Below, piece after piece: positions 1-7,497 of a stretch of DNA of 64,000 nt. The stretch's first letter is position 1; each line of letters begins with the position of its first letter. The notes under the pieces were generated by a model. The model worked only from the letters and a program-made list of their open reading frames with translations, did not search any database and had not been told where the DNA came from. A program made the position numbers and the translations under genes. Origin of the DNA: Bacteroidales bacterium (lineage in GTDB: Bacteria > Bacteroidota > Bacteroidia > Bacteroidales > WCHB1-69); contig JAFZXM010000043.1 of NCBI GenBank assembly GCA_017616775.1, positions 32,571 to 96,570 on the forward strand, read 5' to 3'.

Positions 1-8
1 AGTTCGGA

Positions 9-1151
9 ATGAAGCGGTGCTTTCTTGTATGTATGTCGGCAGTTATTCTGCTGTATTCGTGTGGTGGCAATACCAGAGTCACAAGTGGGGAATCGCGGGG
101 GGACAGCGAAAATTTGATGAAATATGCAAGTTATATCAGTGTAAGGCATTATAAATCGGGATATCATATGGTTATTCCCAATCCGTGGAGCGGGCAGGTG
201 CTTGGAGAATATTATCTCTATCCCGATTCGGCGGAGCTTCCCGGGGAGTTGGCGGGCAAGGCGGTTATCCGCACTCCCGTAAAAAATGTGATAGCGTATT
301 CGTCCACGCAATGGTCGGTATTTTTGGAGCTTGGAGAAATAGACAGGGTGAAAGGCATATTGGAAAGCGCCTATACCGACAATGTTGAAATCAAAAGGCT
401 GTTGGCGGAAAAAAAGATGGAAGATGTGGGCACCGAAACCTGTTTGAAAACCGAAACCGTCATCAGTCTTCATCCGGATGTGATTCTTTATACACCCTAT
501 TCCACGGTGCCGAAAACAGAGATAGGCGGTTTGACGGGGGCGGTCATGTTTCCTTTTGCCGATTATCTGGAAAATCATCCGCTCGGGCGTGCCGAATGGT
601 TGAAAGTAATAGGTTTTCTCACCTGCAGGGAAGCCTATGCGGAGCAATGGTTTGACGATATGGCACGTCGGTATGAATATTTGAAAAAACGTTGTGAAAA
701 TGTGAAAAGCAGGCCTACGGTTTTTTCCGACCTGCCGTTTGAGGGGCAGTGGTATCTGCCTGGCGGAGCCAGCTATATATCGCAGATTTTCCGCGATGCG
801 GGCGCCGATTATATATGGAGTGACAATGCTTCCACGGCAAGTTTGCCGGTAGATGCCGAAACGGTGCTTGCCAAAGCCCGCAATGCGGACTATTGGAGGG
901 TGATGAATTCAACGGACAGTAAATTCACGTATGAAAGATTGGCGGCAGAAAATGAATTGTATACCTATTTCAAAGCCTATCAAAAACGCAATATCATCGT
1001 GTGCGATATCCGGGAAAGCGGTTATTTTGAAAAATCGGAATATGAGCCGGATTTGCTTTTGAAGGACTTTGTTTTTGTGTTTCATCCCGAAGTGCTTGAA
1101 GATGAAAATTATGAACCTGAATATTTTTATAAGTTGAAGGATGAAAAGTAG
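9..1151 (+). CDS. ABC transporter substrate-binding lipoprotein, iron-siderophore/cobalamin (FecB/BtuF-like) type
   Basis: The N-terminus has a lipobox (VILLYSCGG). It lies directly upstream of, and overlaps, a FecCD permease and its ATPase. Size and composition fit a class 8 periplasmic binding protein. Confidence 0.8.
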   Translation: MKRCFLVCMSAVILLYSCGGNTRVTSGESRGDSENLMKYASYISVRHYKSGYHMVIPNPWSGQVLGEYYLYPDSAELPGELAGKAVIRTPVKNVIAYSSTQWSVFLELGEIDRVKGILESAYTDNVEIKRLLAEKKMEDVGTETCLKTETVISLHPDVILYTPYSTVPKTEIGGLTGAVMFPFADYLENHPLGRAEWLKVIGFLTCREAYAEQWFDDMARRYEYLKKRCENVKSRPTVFSDLPFEGQWYLPGGASYISQIFRDAGADYIWSDNASTASLPVDAETVLAKARNADYWRVMNSTDSKFTYERLAAENELYTYFKAYQKRNIIVCDIRESGYFEKSEYEPDLLLKDFVFVFHPEVLEDENYEPEYFYKLKDEK

Positions 1152-2163
1152 AAGGATAACCATAGGAATTACAGGAACAATCATTTTCGGAGCAATACTT
1201 TTCGCGTTGAATCTTTTCGTGGGTTCGGTGATGGTGCCCGCGGAAGACATATTGAAGGTGCTTTTGCATCCGGCTGAGGATACGACATTGAGTGTGATTA
1301 TCTTCAATTATAGAATTCCTCAAATTTTAACGGCTGTTTTAGCCGGTCCGGCCTTGGCAGTGGCAGGCCTTTTGATGCAGACGCTCTTTCGCAATCCGCT
1401 TGCCGATCCTTCTATGCTCGGCATCAGCAGCGGTGCAGGATTGGGCGTGGGGATAGTTATACTTTTGACGGGTGCGGTCTCCGATACGGCGGTGTCTGCT
1501 TTCGGATGGTGGTCAACCGTAGGAGTGAGCCTGGCCGCTTTTACAGGCGCAGTGCTGGTGCTGTTTGTAATGTTGGCATTCAGCTCCCGCATAAAAAATA
1601 TGACTACATTGATTATCATAGGTCTGATGATTGCCTATTTGGCCTCTTCCGTCACCGATATATTGAAATTTTTCAGTTTGAAAGAAGATATACACGCTTT
1701 TGTGATATGGGGTATGGGCAGTTTTTCCGGCGTGGGTGCTTCCAAAATGCCGTTTTTTGCCCTCAGTGTCGTTCTCGGTTTGGCAGCCACCGTTTTCTTG
1801 TCTAAAAATTTGAACATTTTGCTGTTAGGGGAGATGTATGCAGAGAATTTGGGCGTTAACATCAAGCGGAACAGCATTGCCGTCATACTTGTTTCAGGTT
1901 ATTTGACCGCTATTGTGACCGCTTATTGCGGCCCCATTGCATTTATCGGTCTTGCCATGCCGCATATAGCAAGATTTTTGTTCAAAACCAGCGACCATCG
2001 GCTGCTTATCCCGACCACCATGCTGATAGGCATGGATATGGCTCTGTTCTGTAATCTTATCGCCAGAATGCCGGGTTTTGACGGCAATTTGCCTGTCAAT
2101 GCGATAACAGCATTGATAGGGGCTCCGGTGGTGATAGCTGTCATTATGAAAAGCAAAAAATAA
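1141..2163 (+). CDS. ABC transporter permease, FecCD/BtuC family
   Basis: A 340-aa polytopic membrane protein with a typical FecCD C-terminus (NAITALIGAPVVI). It overlaps the binding-protein gene by 11 nt and abuts the ATPase gene. Confidence 0.9.
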   Translation: MKSRRITIGITGTIIFGAILFALNLFVGSVMVPAEDILKVLLHPAEDTTLSVIIFNYRIPQILTAVLAGPALAVAGLLMQTLFRNPLADPSMLGISSGAGLGVGIVILLTGAVSDTAVSAFGWWSTVGVSLAAFTGAVLVLFVMLAFSSRIKNMTTLIIIGLMIAYLASSVTDILKFFSLKEDIHAFVIWGMGSFSGVGASKMPFFALSVVLGLAATVFLSKNLNILLLGEMYAENLGVNIKRNSIAVILVSGYLTAIVTAYCGPIAFIGLAMPHIARFLFKTSDHRLLIPTTMLIGMDMALFCNLIARMPGFDGNLPVNAITALIGAPVVIAVIMKSKK

Positions 2164-2924
2164 TGGATATATTAAAAACAACATCATTATCAATAGGTTA
2201 TAATAATTCCGCCATCGTTTCCGATATCAATGTGAGCTTGGGTGAAGGGGATATTGTTGCCTTGATAGGTCCCAACGGGGCGGGAAAATCAACTTTATTC
2301 AAAACTTTTTCAGCGCATATCAAGCCTATAGCCGGCCGTATTGAATTGTCGGGAAAAGATTTGCTGACGTATTCTCCCAAAGAACTTGCCAAGCAGCTCG
2401 GTATTGTTCTTACCGAACGTCCGGACGATATGTTTTTGAAGGTGTTCGATGTGGTTGCTTCCGGACGGTATCCTTATACAGGCATGTTCGGCGCGCTTGA
2501 TGAAAAGGATGGGCAGGCCATTCAATCCTCATTGGAATTGGTGGGCATCAGCCGTTTGAAAGACAGATTTTTCAACACCTTGTCTGACGGCGAAAAACAG
2601 AAGGTGATGATAGCCAAGGCTATCGCCCAAAACACGCCAGTCGTCATGCTGGACGAACCCACTGCTTTTTTGGATTATCCGAGCAAAATAGAATTGTTTT
2701 CATTGCTTGAGCGGCTGGCAAAAGAACAAAAGAAGGCGGTTCTTTTCAGTTCTCACGATTTGGAGTTATTGCTCAGATTTACCGATTGTTTATGGATGAT
2801 AGCCAAAGACATGCCTTTTGTTTCGGGGAAAAGTTCGGATTTGTTGAAAAATGGTGCCGTTCAGCAATATTTCAGACTGAACGATAGGGATAACCAACGT
2901 TTGTCGGAAGCGTTGGCACAATAG
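2163..2924 (+). CDS. ABC transporter ATP-binding protein (FecE/BtuD-like)
   Basis: Walker A GPNGAGKST, signature LSDGEKQ and Walker B VVMLDEPT are all present. Confidence 0.9.
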   Translation: MDILKTTSLSIGYNNSAIVSDINVSLGEGDIVALIGPNGAGKSTLFKTFSAHIKPIAGRIELSGKDLLTYSPKELAKQLGIVLTERPDDMFLKVFDVVASGRYPYTGMFGALDEKDGQAIQSSLELVGISRLKDRFFNTLSDGEKQKVMIAKAIAQNTPVVMLDEPTAFLDYPSKIELFSLLERLAKEQKKAVLFSSHDLELLLRFTDCLWMIAKDMPFVSGKSSDLLKNGAVQQYFRLNDRDNQRLSEALAQ

Positions 2925-3009
2925 TTTTTCCACATTGTTCCGGGAGTGCTTTTTTTGAAAGAAAGCAATATTTTTTTTCAAATCGTGTGTAAGATAAGAT
3001 AAAAAATGT

Positions 3010-3017
3010 TACCTTTG
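3010..3017 (+). promoter_or_regulatory. Bacteroidota -7 promoter box (TACCTTTG) for tRNA-Leu
   Basis: Matches TAnnTTTG; its last base is 11 nt upstream of the first base of the tRNA. Confidence 0.5.
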
Positions 3018-3027
3018 CCGCATCAAA

Positions 3028-3109
3028 GCCCGAGTGGCGGAATTGGTAGACGCGCACGTTTCAGGTGCGTGTTCCGTAAGGAGTGCAGGTTCAAGTCCTG
3101 TCTCGGGCA
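3028..3109 (+). tRNA. tRNA-Leu (anticodon CAG), class II with long variable arm
   Basis: Folded by hand. Acceptor GCCCGAG/CTCGGGC. Anticodon stem CACGT/GCGTG with loop TTCAGGT. Long variable arm. T-arm GCAGG-TTCAAGT-CCTGT. Discriminator A. Confidence 0.9.
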
Positions 3110-3114
3110 CCGAA

Positions 3115-3155
3115 AGGATTTTGTGATTCCATAGTATGGAATTATGCAAAATCCT
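3115..3155 (+). terminator. nested hairpin immediately 3' of tRNA-Leu
   Basis: Outer arms AGGATTTTG (3115-3123) and CAAAATCCT (3147-3155). Inner arms ATTCCATA (3126-3133) and TATGGAAT (3135-3142). There is no strong T-run. Confidence 0.4.
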
Positions 3156-3245
3156 TTAATTGTATTGGTTCAGATAATTTCCCCACCGCAGCATGCAAAA
3201 TCGGAACTATAAACGGATGTGAAAATTTTTTTTCTGAATTCCTGC

Positions 3246-3303
3246 ATTCAACAAACAAATGCCCCGATTTTTATTCGTAAAATGACTATCTTTGCAAAAT
3301 GAA
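3246..3303 (+). repeat. cassette head copy A (58 nt identical to 5424-5481), containing TATCTTTG (3287-3294) and the ATG at 3299
   Basis: Direct comparison of the two stretches: attcaacaaacaaatgccccgatttttattcgtaaaatgactatctttgcaaaatgaaa. Confidence 0.9.
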
Positions 3304-3715
3304 AATTAGGAGAATGAACAGCGGCGAAATATTCTATTACCACCCCAACCACTTGGGAAATACTGCTTTTGTAACTGACCAAAACCAGAGCATAACACAA
3401 GGCTTCCTTTATGCTCCCTTTGGCGAAATTACAACGGAGTACAATATTAACTTTGGCAATAATACAATACCCAAGTATTCTTTTAATGCAAAGGAATTGG
3501 ACGAAGAAACCGGCATGTACTACTACGAAGCACGTTACTACAAACCGCCGGTGTTCACGAGTAGAGACCCACTTTTTGAGAAGTATTTCTGGATGACCCC
3601 GTATGCCTATTGCGCAAACAATCCGGTGAAGTACGTGGATCCGACGGGGGTGGAATTTGTTGATAATGAAGGTAATCGCGTCAGGGTTCGTGTGTTAAAA
3701 AATGGAAATATATAA
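3299..3715 (+). CDS. orphan Rhs/YD-repeat core C-terminal fragment ending at the DPxG junction
   Basis: YHPNHLGN, YYYEARYYKPPVFTSRDP and NNPVKYVDPTG are the conserved Rhs-associated core motifs. There is no upstream YD-repeat body. The ORF ends at a TAA that is in frame with the next ORF. Confidence 0.8.
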   Translation: MKIRRMNSGEIFYYHPNHLGNTAFVTDQNQSITQGFLYAPFGEITTEYNINFGNNTIPKYSFNAKELDEETGMYYYEARYYKPPVFTSRDPLFEKYFWMTPYAYCANNPVKYVDPTGVEFVDNEGNRVRVRVLKNGNI

Positions 3716-3745
3716 TATAAATTTTCACGTAAAACATCAGAAACC

Positions 3746-4273
3746 GTGAAATCTGATTTTATTTCAAATTACAGTGAATCCCTTTCTGATTTATCCAAAA
3801 CGAAGCATGGTAGAAAATGTATTAGCTTTTTAAATAGATGTTACACAAGTGTTTATATAAATCCAACTAATGAGAACGGAAATCAAAACTCATTAGTAAT
3901 CCCTTCCTGTGATGAAAACAACTATGTGAAAATGAATAATGGAGTTTGTGAAAGTGTTGAAATTAAGCCATTTATGGAGTCCATTCGTAACAAAGCAAAT
4001 CGAGATAATGTAGACGTTGATGAAATATTAGGTGCTACACTTATAGTTGAAGCAGGTCACTTGAAAAAAACTCAAATTTCCAAAGATTATAATGAGAAGT
4101 TATCAGAAGAAAGCAAATATTATAGCTTGTATAACCAGTATGTTGATTATAGATACAATTATAGAAAAGAATTAAAACAGCCAATAAATGAAACAGTGTT
4201 TAACAATTCTTCTCAAATCCATCCTAAACTTAATCGTATTAATTCAAAAAGAAAAATGCAATATGTCAAATAA
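3746..4273 (+). CDS. probable continuation of the cassette-1 toxin C-terminal domain (unknown family)
   Basis: It is in the same reading frame as 3299-3715, separated only by the TAA at 3713 and 10 sense codons. The tracked start is GTG and there is no nearby ATG. Its last codons overlap the start of the downstream lipoprotein gene. Confidence 0.5.
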   Translation: MKSDFISNYSESLSDLSKTKHGRKCISFLNRCYTSVYINPTNENGNQNSLVIPSCDENNYVKMNNGVCESVEIKPFMESIRNKANRDNVDVDEILGATLIVEAGHLKKTQISKDYNEKLSEESKYYSLYNQYVDYRYNYRKELKQPINETVFNNSSQIHPKLNRINSKRKMQYVK

Positions 4274-4700
4274 GAATTCAATGTTTGTTTTAATTTTATT
4301 TTTTATATGCATTCTTGGAGCATGTAAAACTAAGTCGCCACTAATAAAAAAAACTACTGATTATAACTATTCGTTTACGAACAATGACATTGCCTGTATA
4401 ATAACTTTTTTTTCTCAAGATACTTCTTATTTGTCTTTTGTAAATAAAGATAGTATTTATTTGACAAAAGACTCTTTAATTATACAATTTAATCAAGAAA
4501 AAAAATGTTTTTATAAAGATGGATTCACTATCTATAAGTTGTCATCTTATCACAAAACGTATACTAAATTTTATTATACTTATATGGGAAAAATCAGAGA
4601 AATTGAACGGATTATGAATGGAGAAGTGGTATCAAAAGGAATTATCAATAATGATACGATAAGAACTCAGGTATTTCAAGTGTCGGATCCTTTTTGGTGA
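4263..4700 (+). CDS. putative immunity lipoprotein for cassette 1
   Basis: The ATG at 4263 gives MSNKNSMFVLILFFICILGACKT (signal peptide plus lipobox). It overlaps the stop of the upstream toxin-like ORF (ATGTCAAATAA). The tracked upstream extension from 4188 has no signal peptide. Confidence 0.6.
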   Translation: MSNKNSMFVLILFFICILGACKTKSPLIKKTTDYNYSFTNNDIACIITFFSQDTSYLSFVNKDSIYLTKDSLIIQFNQEKKCFYKDGFTIYKLSSYHKTYTKFYYTYMGKIREIERIMNGEVVSKGIINNDTIRTQVFQVSDPFW

Positions 4701-4776
4701 TTTTAGAAAAGGTAAAATATAATGGTCACATAAATATGGGCAACAATTGTAAGTAAAAACAATGTATCTTTGCAAA

Positions 4777-5397
4777 ATGAAAAAATTTTTAATTTTTATT
4801 TTTTTTGTTTTAAGTGTTATTTCTGTAAAATCTCAAGAATTGTTTCCTGATGAAAGAGACAGTTTGCGATCTGTGGAAATAATGAAATATATATTTGAAA
4901 ATGAGAAAAGTATTAATATTGAAATGTGGAAACATTTCAAAGTGAAATTTAATTTAAAACAGGTAAATGTAAATCATTGTATTGATTTGACTGGACTCAA
5001 TTATATTCCTGATAAGTTCTGTAATGAATTGGCAAAAAAACATTTTCCGGAATATTTGGATAGTAATAGACAAATTAGGTTAGATTGTTACATTAGTCAA
5101 CTTGAAATTTCAAAAAATTTAGATGCTGAAGAATTGTATAAAAGTTATCTAAAAAGGTTGGATGAATTAATAGGTAATATAGATGCAGATTTGAGGGAGA
5201 ATAATCCCTTAGATTCCTCCCAAACATATTTTCCCATTGCATTTGTCTCATCATATTATGAAATTAAAGAAGCATATATTAAAATAAAAGGAGGAAGATA
5301 CCAAACGCCAGGAGGAAATGGCATTCATTTTTATTTTCTTTTTGATGATGAGGACAAAATAAAGGATGTTTTTAGCTTCATTACACTTGGATTATAA
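4777..5397 (+). CDS. secreted hypothetical protein (possible second immunity or orphan immunity protein)
   Basis: The ATG at 4777 gives MKKFLIFIFFVLSVISVKSQ (signal peptide). It is preceded by TATCTTTG (4765-4772) with the same 4-nt spacing as the Rhs cassette heads. Confidence 0.6.
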   Translation: MKKFLIFIFFVLSVISVKSQELFPDERDSLRSVEIMKYIFENEKSINIEMWKHFKVKFNLKQVNVNHCIDLTGLNYIPDKFCNELAKKHFPEYLDSNRQIRLDCYISQLEISKNLDAEELYKSYLKRLDELIGNIDADLRENNPLDSSQTYFPIAFVSSYYEIKEAYIKIKGGRYQTPGGNGIHFYFLFDDEDKIKDVFSFITLGL

Positions 5398-5423
5398 ATG
5401 TTTGACCAAAATTAAATCCCTAA

Positions 5424-5481
5424 ATTCAACAAACAAATGCCCCGATTTTTATTCGTAAAATGACTATCTTTGCAAAATGAA
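5424..5481 (+). repeat. cassette head copy B (58 nt identical to 3246-3303), containing TATCTTTG (5465-5472) and the ATG at 5477
   Basis: Direct comparison with copy A. Similarity continues, with mismatches, into the coding region. Confidence 0.9.
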
Positions 5482-6355
5482 ACATAGGAGAATAACCAGC
5501 GGCGAAATATTCTATTTTGGCAATAATGAAATACCCAAATATTCTTTTAATGCCAAAGAATTAGACGAAGAAACCGGCATGTATTACTATGAAGCACGGT
5601 ATTATGCTCCGCCGGTGTTTACAAGCCGCGACCCTTTGTTTGAGAAGTATCCGACGTTTTCACCCTACATTTATTGTTATAACAATCCTCTGCGATTTAT
5701 TGACCCTACAGGGTTATATGGTTACGAAAATATTGAAGAAGGGCAAAGTTATAAAGTTGTTGCTGTTTTTAACAGTAAATATCAGGATACAAAAGCATTA
5801 TGGAAAGAGATTAGTGAATGGAGAAAAGCAGGCTGCGACCAAATTGCCAATGAACTTCAAGCAGACTACGATGCAATTACGTCTGCCCGACAAGCGGGAA
5901 TGCCAATGATGTTTGTTGATAATATGGAAGATTATGCTAACGCTATGAACGATTTCAGTGCAATGGGTTCAAGTACTGATATCTATACGTTGAATAGTCA
6001 TGGAGGTAATGGCGAATTTAACATTGGTGAAACAAAGATTGATAAGTATACTAATTTTAGCACCTTAAAGAATGGGTTAAGTGATAAAACAGTGTTTATT
6101 AATGCTTGTAACGTTACGTGGGGTAAAGAGGGGCAAGACCTAATACGACATTTTTCTCAACAAACATCTTCAACAGTCATTGGTAAAAATAGTGAAATTA
6201 GTAGTTCGTATTGGTATAACGGGGGTATTGGACTTAATCTATCAGGTAATCGTTTTCAGATGTCCACAAATGGGTCAGATGCAACAGAAATTCGCAATGT
6301 AAGGATTAACCAAAATAAAGGCATTATATGGAAAGGTTCAGGTGGCTATCATTAA
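5477..6355 (+). CDS. orphan Rhs core remnant fused to a ~210-aa C-terminal toxin domain (candidate His/Cys hydrolase)
   Basis: YYYEARYYAPPVFTSRDP and NNPLRFIDPTGL are Rhs core motifs. The downstream domain has alternating strand and helix segments, with IYTLNSHGG and TVFINACN motifs. Confidence 0.8.
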   Translation: MKHRRITSGEIFYFGNNEIPKYSFNAKELDEETGMYYYEARYYAPPVFTSRDPLFEKYPTFSPYIYCYNNPLRFIDPTGLYGYENIEEGQSYKVVAVFNSKYQDTKALWKEISEWRKAGCDQIANELQADYDAITSARQAGMPMMFVDNMEDYANAMNDFSAMGSSTDIYTLNSHGGNGEFNIGETKIDKYTNFSTLKNGLSDKTVFINACNVTWGKEGQDLIRHFSQQTSSTVIGKNSEISSSYWYNGGIGLNLSGNRFQMSTNGSDATEIRNVRINQNKGIIWKGSGGYH

Positions 6356-7062
6356 AAAAATTAAATATAATAAAAATTGTCTATTTATTGATAATATTAT
6401 CTGTATTGTCAATTCAAGTGAAAGGACAGAACGATTATGTTAAATATCAGACTTTCGATGAGTATAAGCTGGAAGGTATTGGTGAAAAGAAAATAAAACG
6501 TCCTTATGTACTTGTCAAAAGAGAAAATGACACTATATTTGTAGTTAAGTCAAATGACAGAAAAAACGTAATAAAATATGTAAATCGAGGCGATTATTGG
6601 CATACAATACTACAAATAGAAGAAAGATGGTCTTTTTGGGAAACTTTTTGTGAAAAATTTATTTATAATGATACGGTTGTTGAATATAAATATAAATATT
6701 GGCATGACTATGGCTATTTAATAGACAGTTCTAAAAGAAGCAATATAAGAATCAACAAAGGTATTTATGTACATACTAAAAGTATTTGTATAAATTTATC
6801 TATTCAAGGTGATGATATTAAAAACCTCGACAATCCTTACAATGAAATAAAGCAGTTTGTAGTAAATTATAAAGAAATTTTTCCTTTATATTTATCTTCA
6901 CCCGGGTATCAACCACGATGGTATTCTATATATGAAAAGCATATAGCGGGGAACCGTCTTTCTATTTATGAAATGAAAGGTGTTAATAGAGAATTTACTG
7001 CATCAAAAAAAATGAATAGTTTAGGAGAATTTGATAACAAAGGGATGCTGTGGTGGTGGTAA
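6328..7062 (+). CDS. putative immunity protein for cassette 2 (secreted)
   Basis: It overlaps the toxin ORF end by 28 nt. It has an N-terminal hydrophobic signal-like segment (IVYLLIILSVLSIQVKGQ). I recognise no family. Confidence 0.6.
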   Translation: MERFRWLSLKKLNIIKIVYLLIILSVLSIQVKGQNDYVKYQTFDEYKLEGIGEKKIKRPYVLVKRENDTIFVVKSNDRKNVIKYVNRGDYWHTILQIEERWSFWETFCEKFIYNDTVVEYKYKYWHDYGYLIDSSKRSNIRINKGIYVHTKSICINLSIQGDDIKNLDNPYNEIKQFVVNYKEIFPLYLSSPGYQPRWYSIYEKHIAGNRLSIYEMKGVNREFTASKKMNSLGEFDNKGMLWWW

Positions 7063-7087
7063 TAAAATACAAGTTTAACCTATAATA

Positions 7088-7119
7088 AAAATTACTATCT
7101 TTGCAAAATGAAAAATAGG
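7088..7119 (+). repeat. cassette head copy C (32-nt core, 2 mismatches to copy A 3279-3310)
   Basis: aaaattactatctttgcaaaatgaaaaatagg versus aaaatgactatctttgcaaaatgaaaattagg. TATCTTTG is at 7096-7103 and the ATG at 7108. Confidence 0.8.
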
Positions 7120-7326
7120 CAGACAAGCAACGACGCTCTAATAAATTACACCTACGACCTTGTTGGCAATGTTACCCAAGTAGCAAGCACTTGCCCGTGG
7201 CTGCCAAACCAAAGTTTTATAGAAAACTTTAGCTATGACAGTACAGACCAACTTGTTTCCGCCAACGAGGCACAAAGCTACCAGTTGGCTGTAAATTATG
7301 GCAACTGGGGAAAGGTAATGCAATAA
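7108..7326 (+). pseudogene. isolated YD-repeat (Rhs body) fragment, 72 codons
   Basis: Contains YD-repeat signatures INYTYDLVGNVTQV and FSYDSTDQLVSA. There is no N-terminal domain, no core and no toxin. Confidence 0.6.
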
Positions 7327-7497
7327 GATATTTTGTAAACATCCCCCCCTTTTTAAGAAAGTCCCAATTAATTATAAATCAAGACTATTAACATATCAAC
7401 AGGTTAGCTCTTCCGGTAAAGTGTATTTAAAAATGTAATATATTTAGTTGATAAATAACATTATCATATTCATTTTTAAATACTTTTGGTCCTATTA

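Noticed and set aside
3083-3280. A 65-aa ORF starting inside tRNA-Leu.
   Set aside because: It overlaps the tRNA 3' half and the hairpin. It has no start context and no recognisable sequence.
3713-3715. The possibility that TAA is reassigned to a sense codon, raised by two frames with single in-frame TAA stops (3713 and 51881).
   Set aside because: TAA terminates well-conserved genes at their expected ends in this window (for example pyrG at 17088 and gmd at 42680-42682). Both interrupted frames lie in decaying accessory DNA, so nonsense mutations are the simpler explanation.
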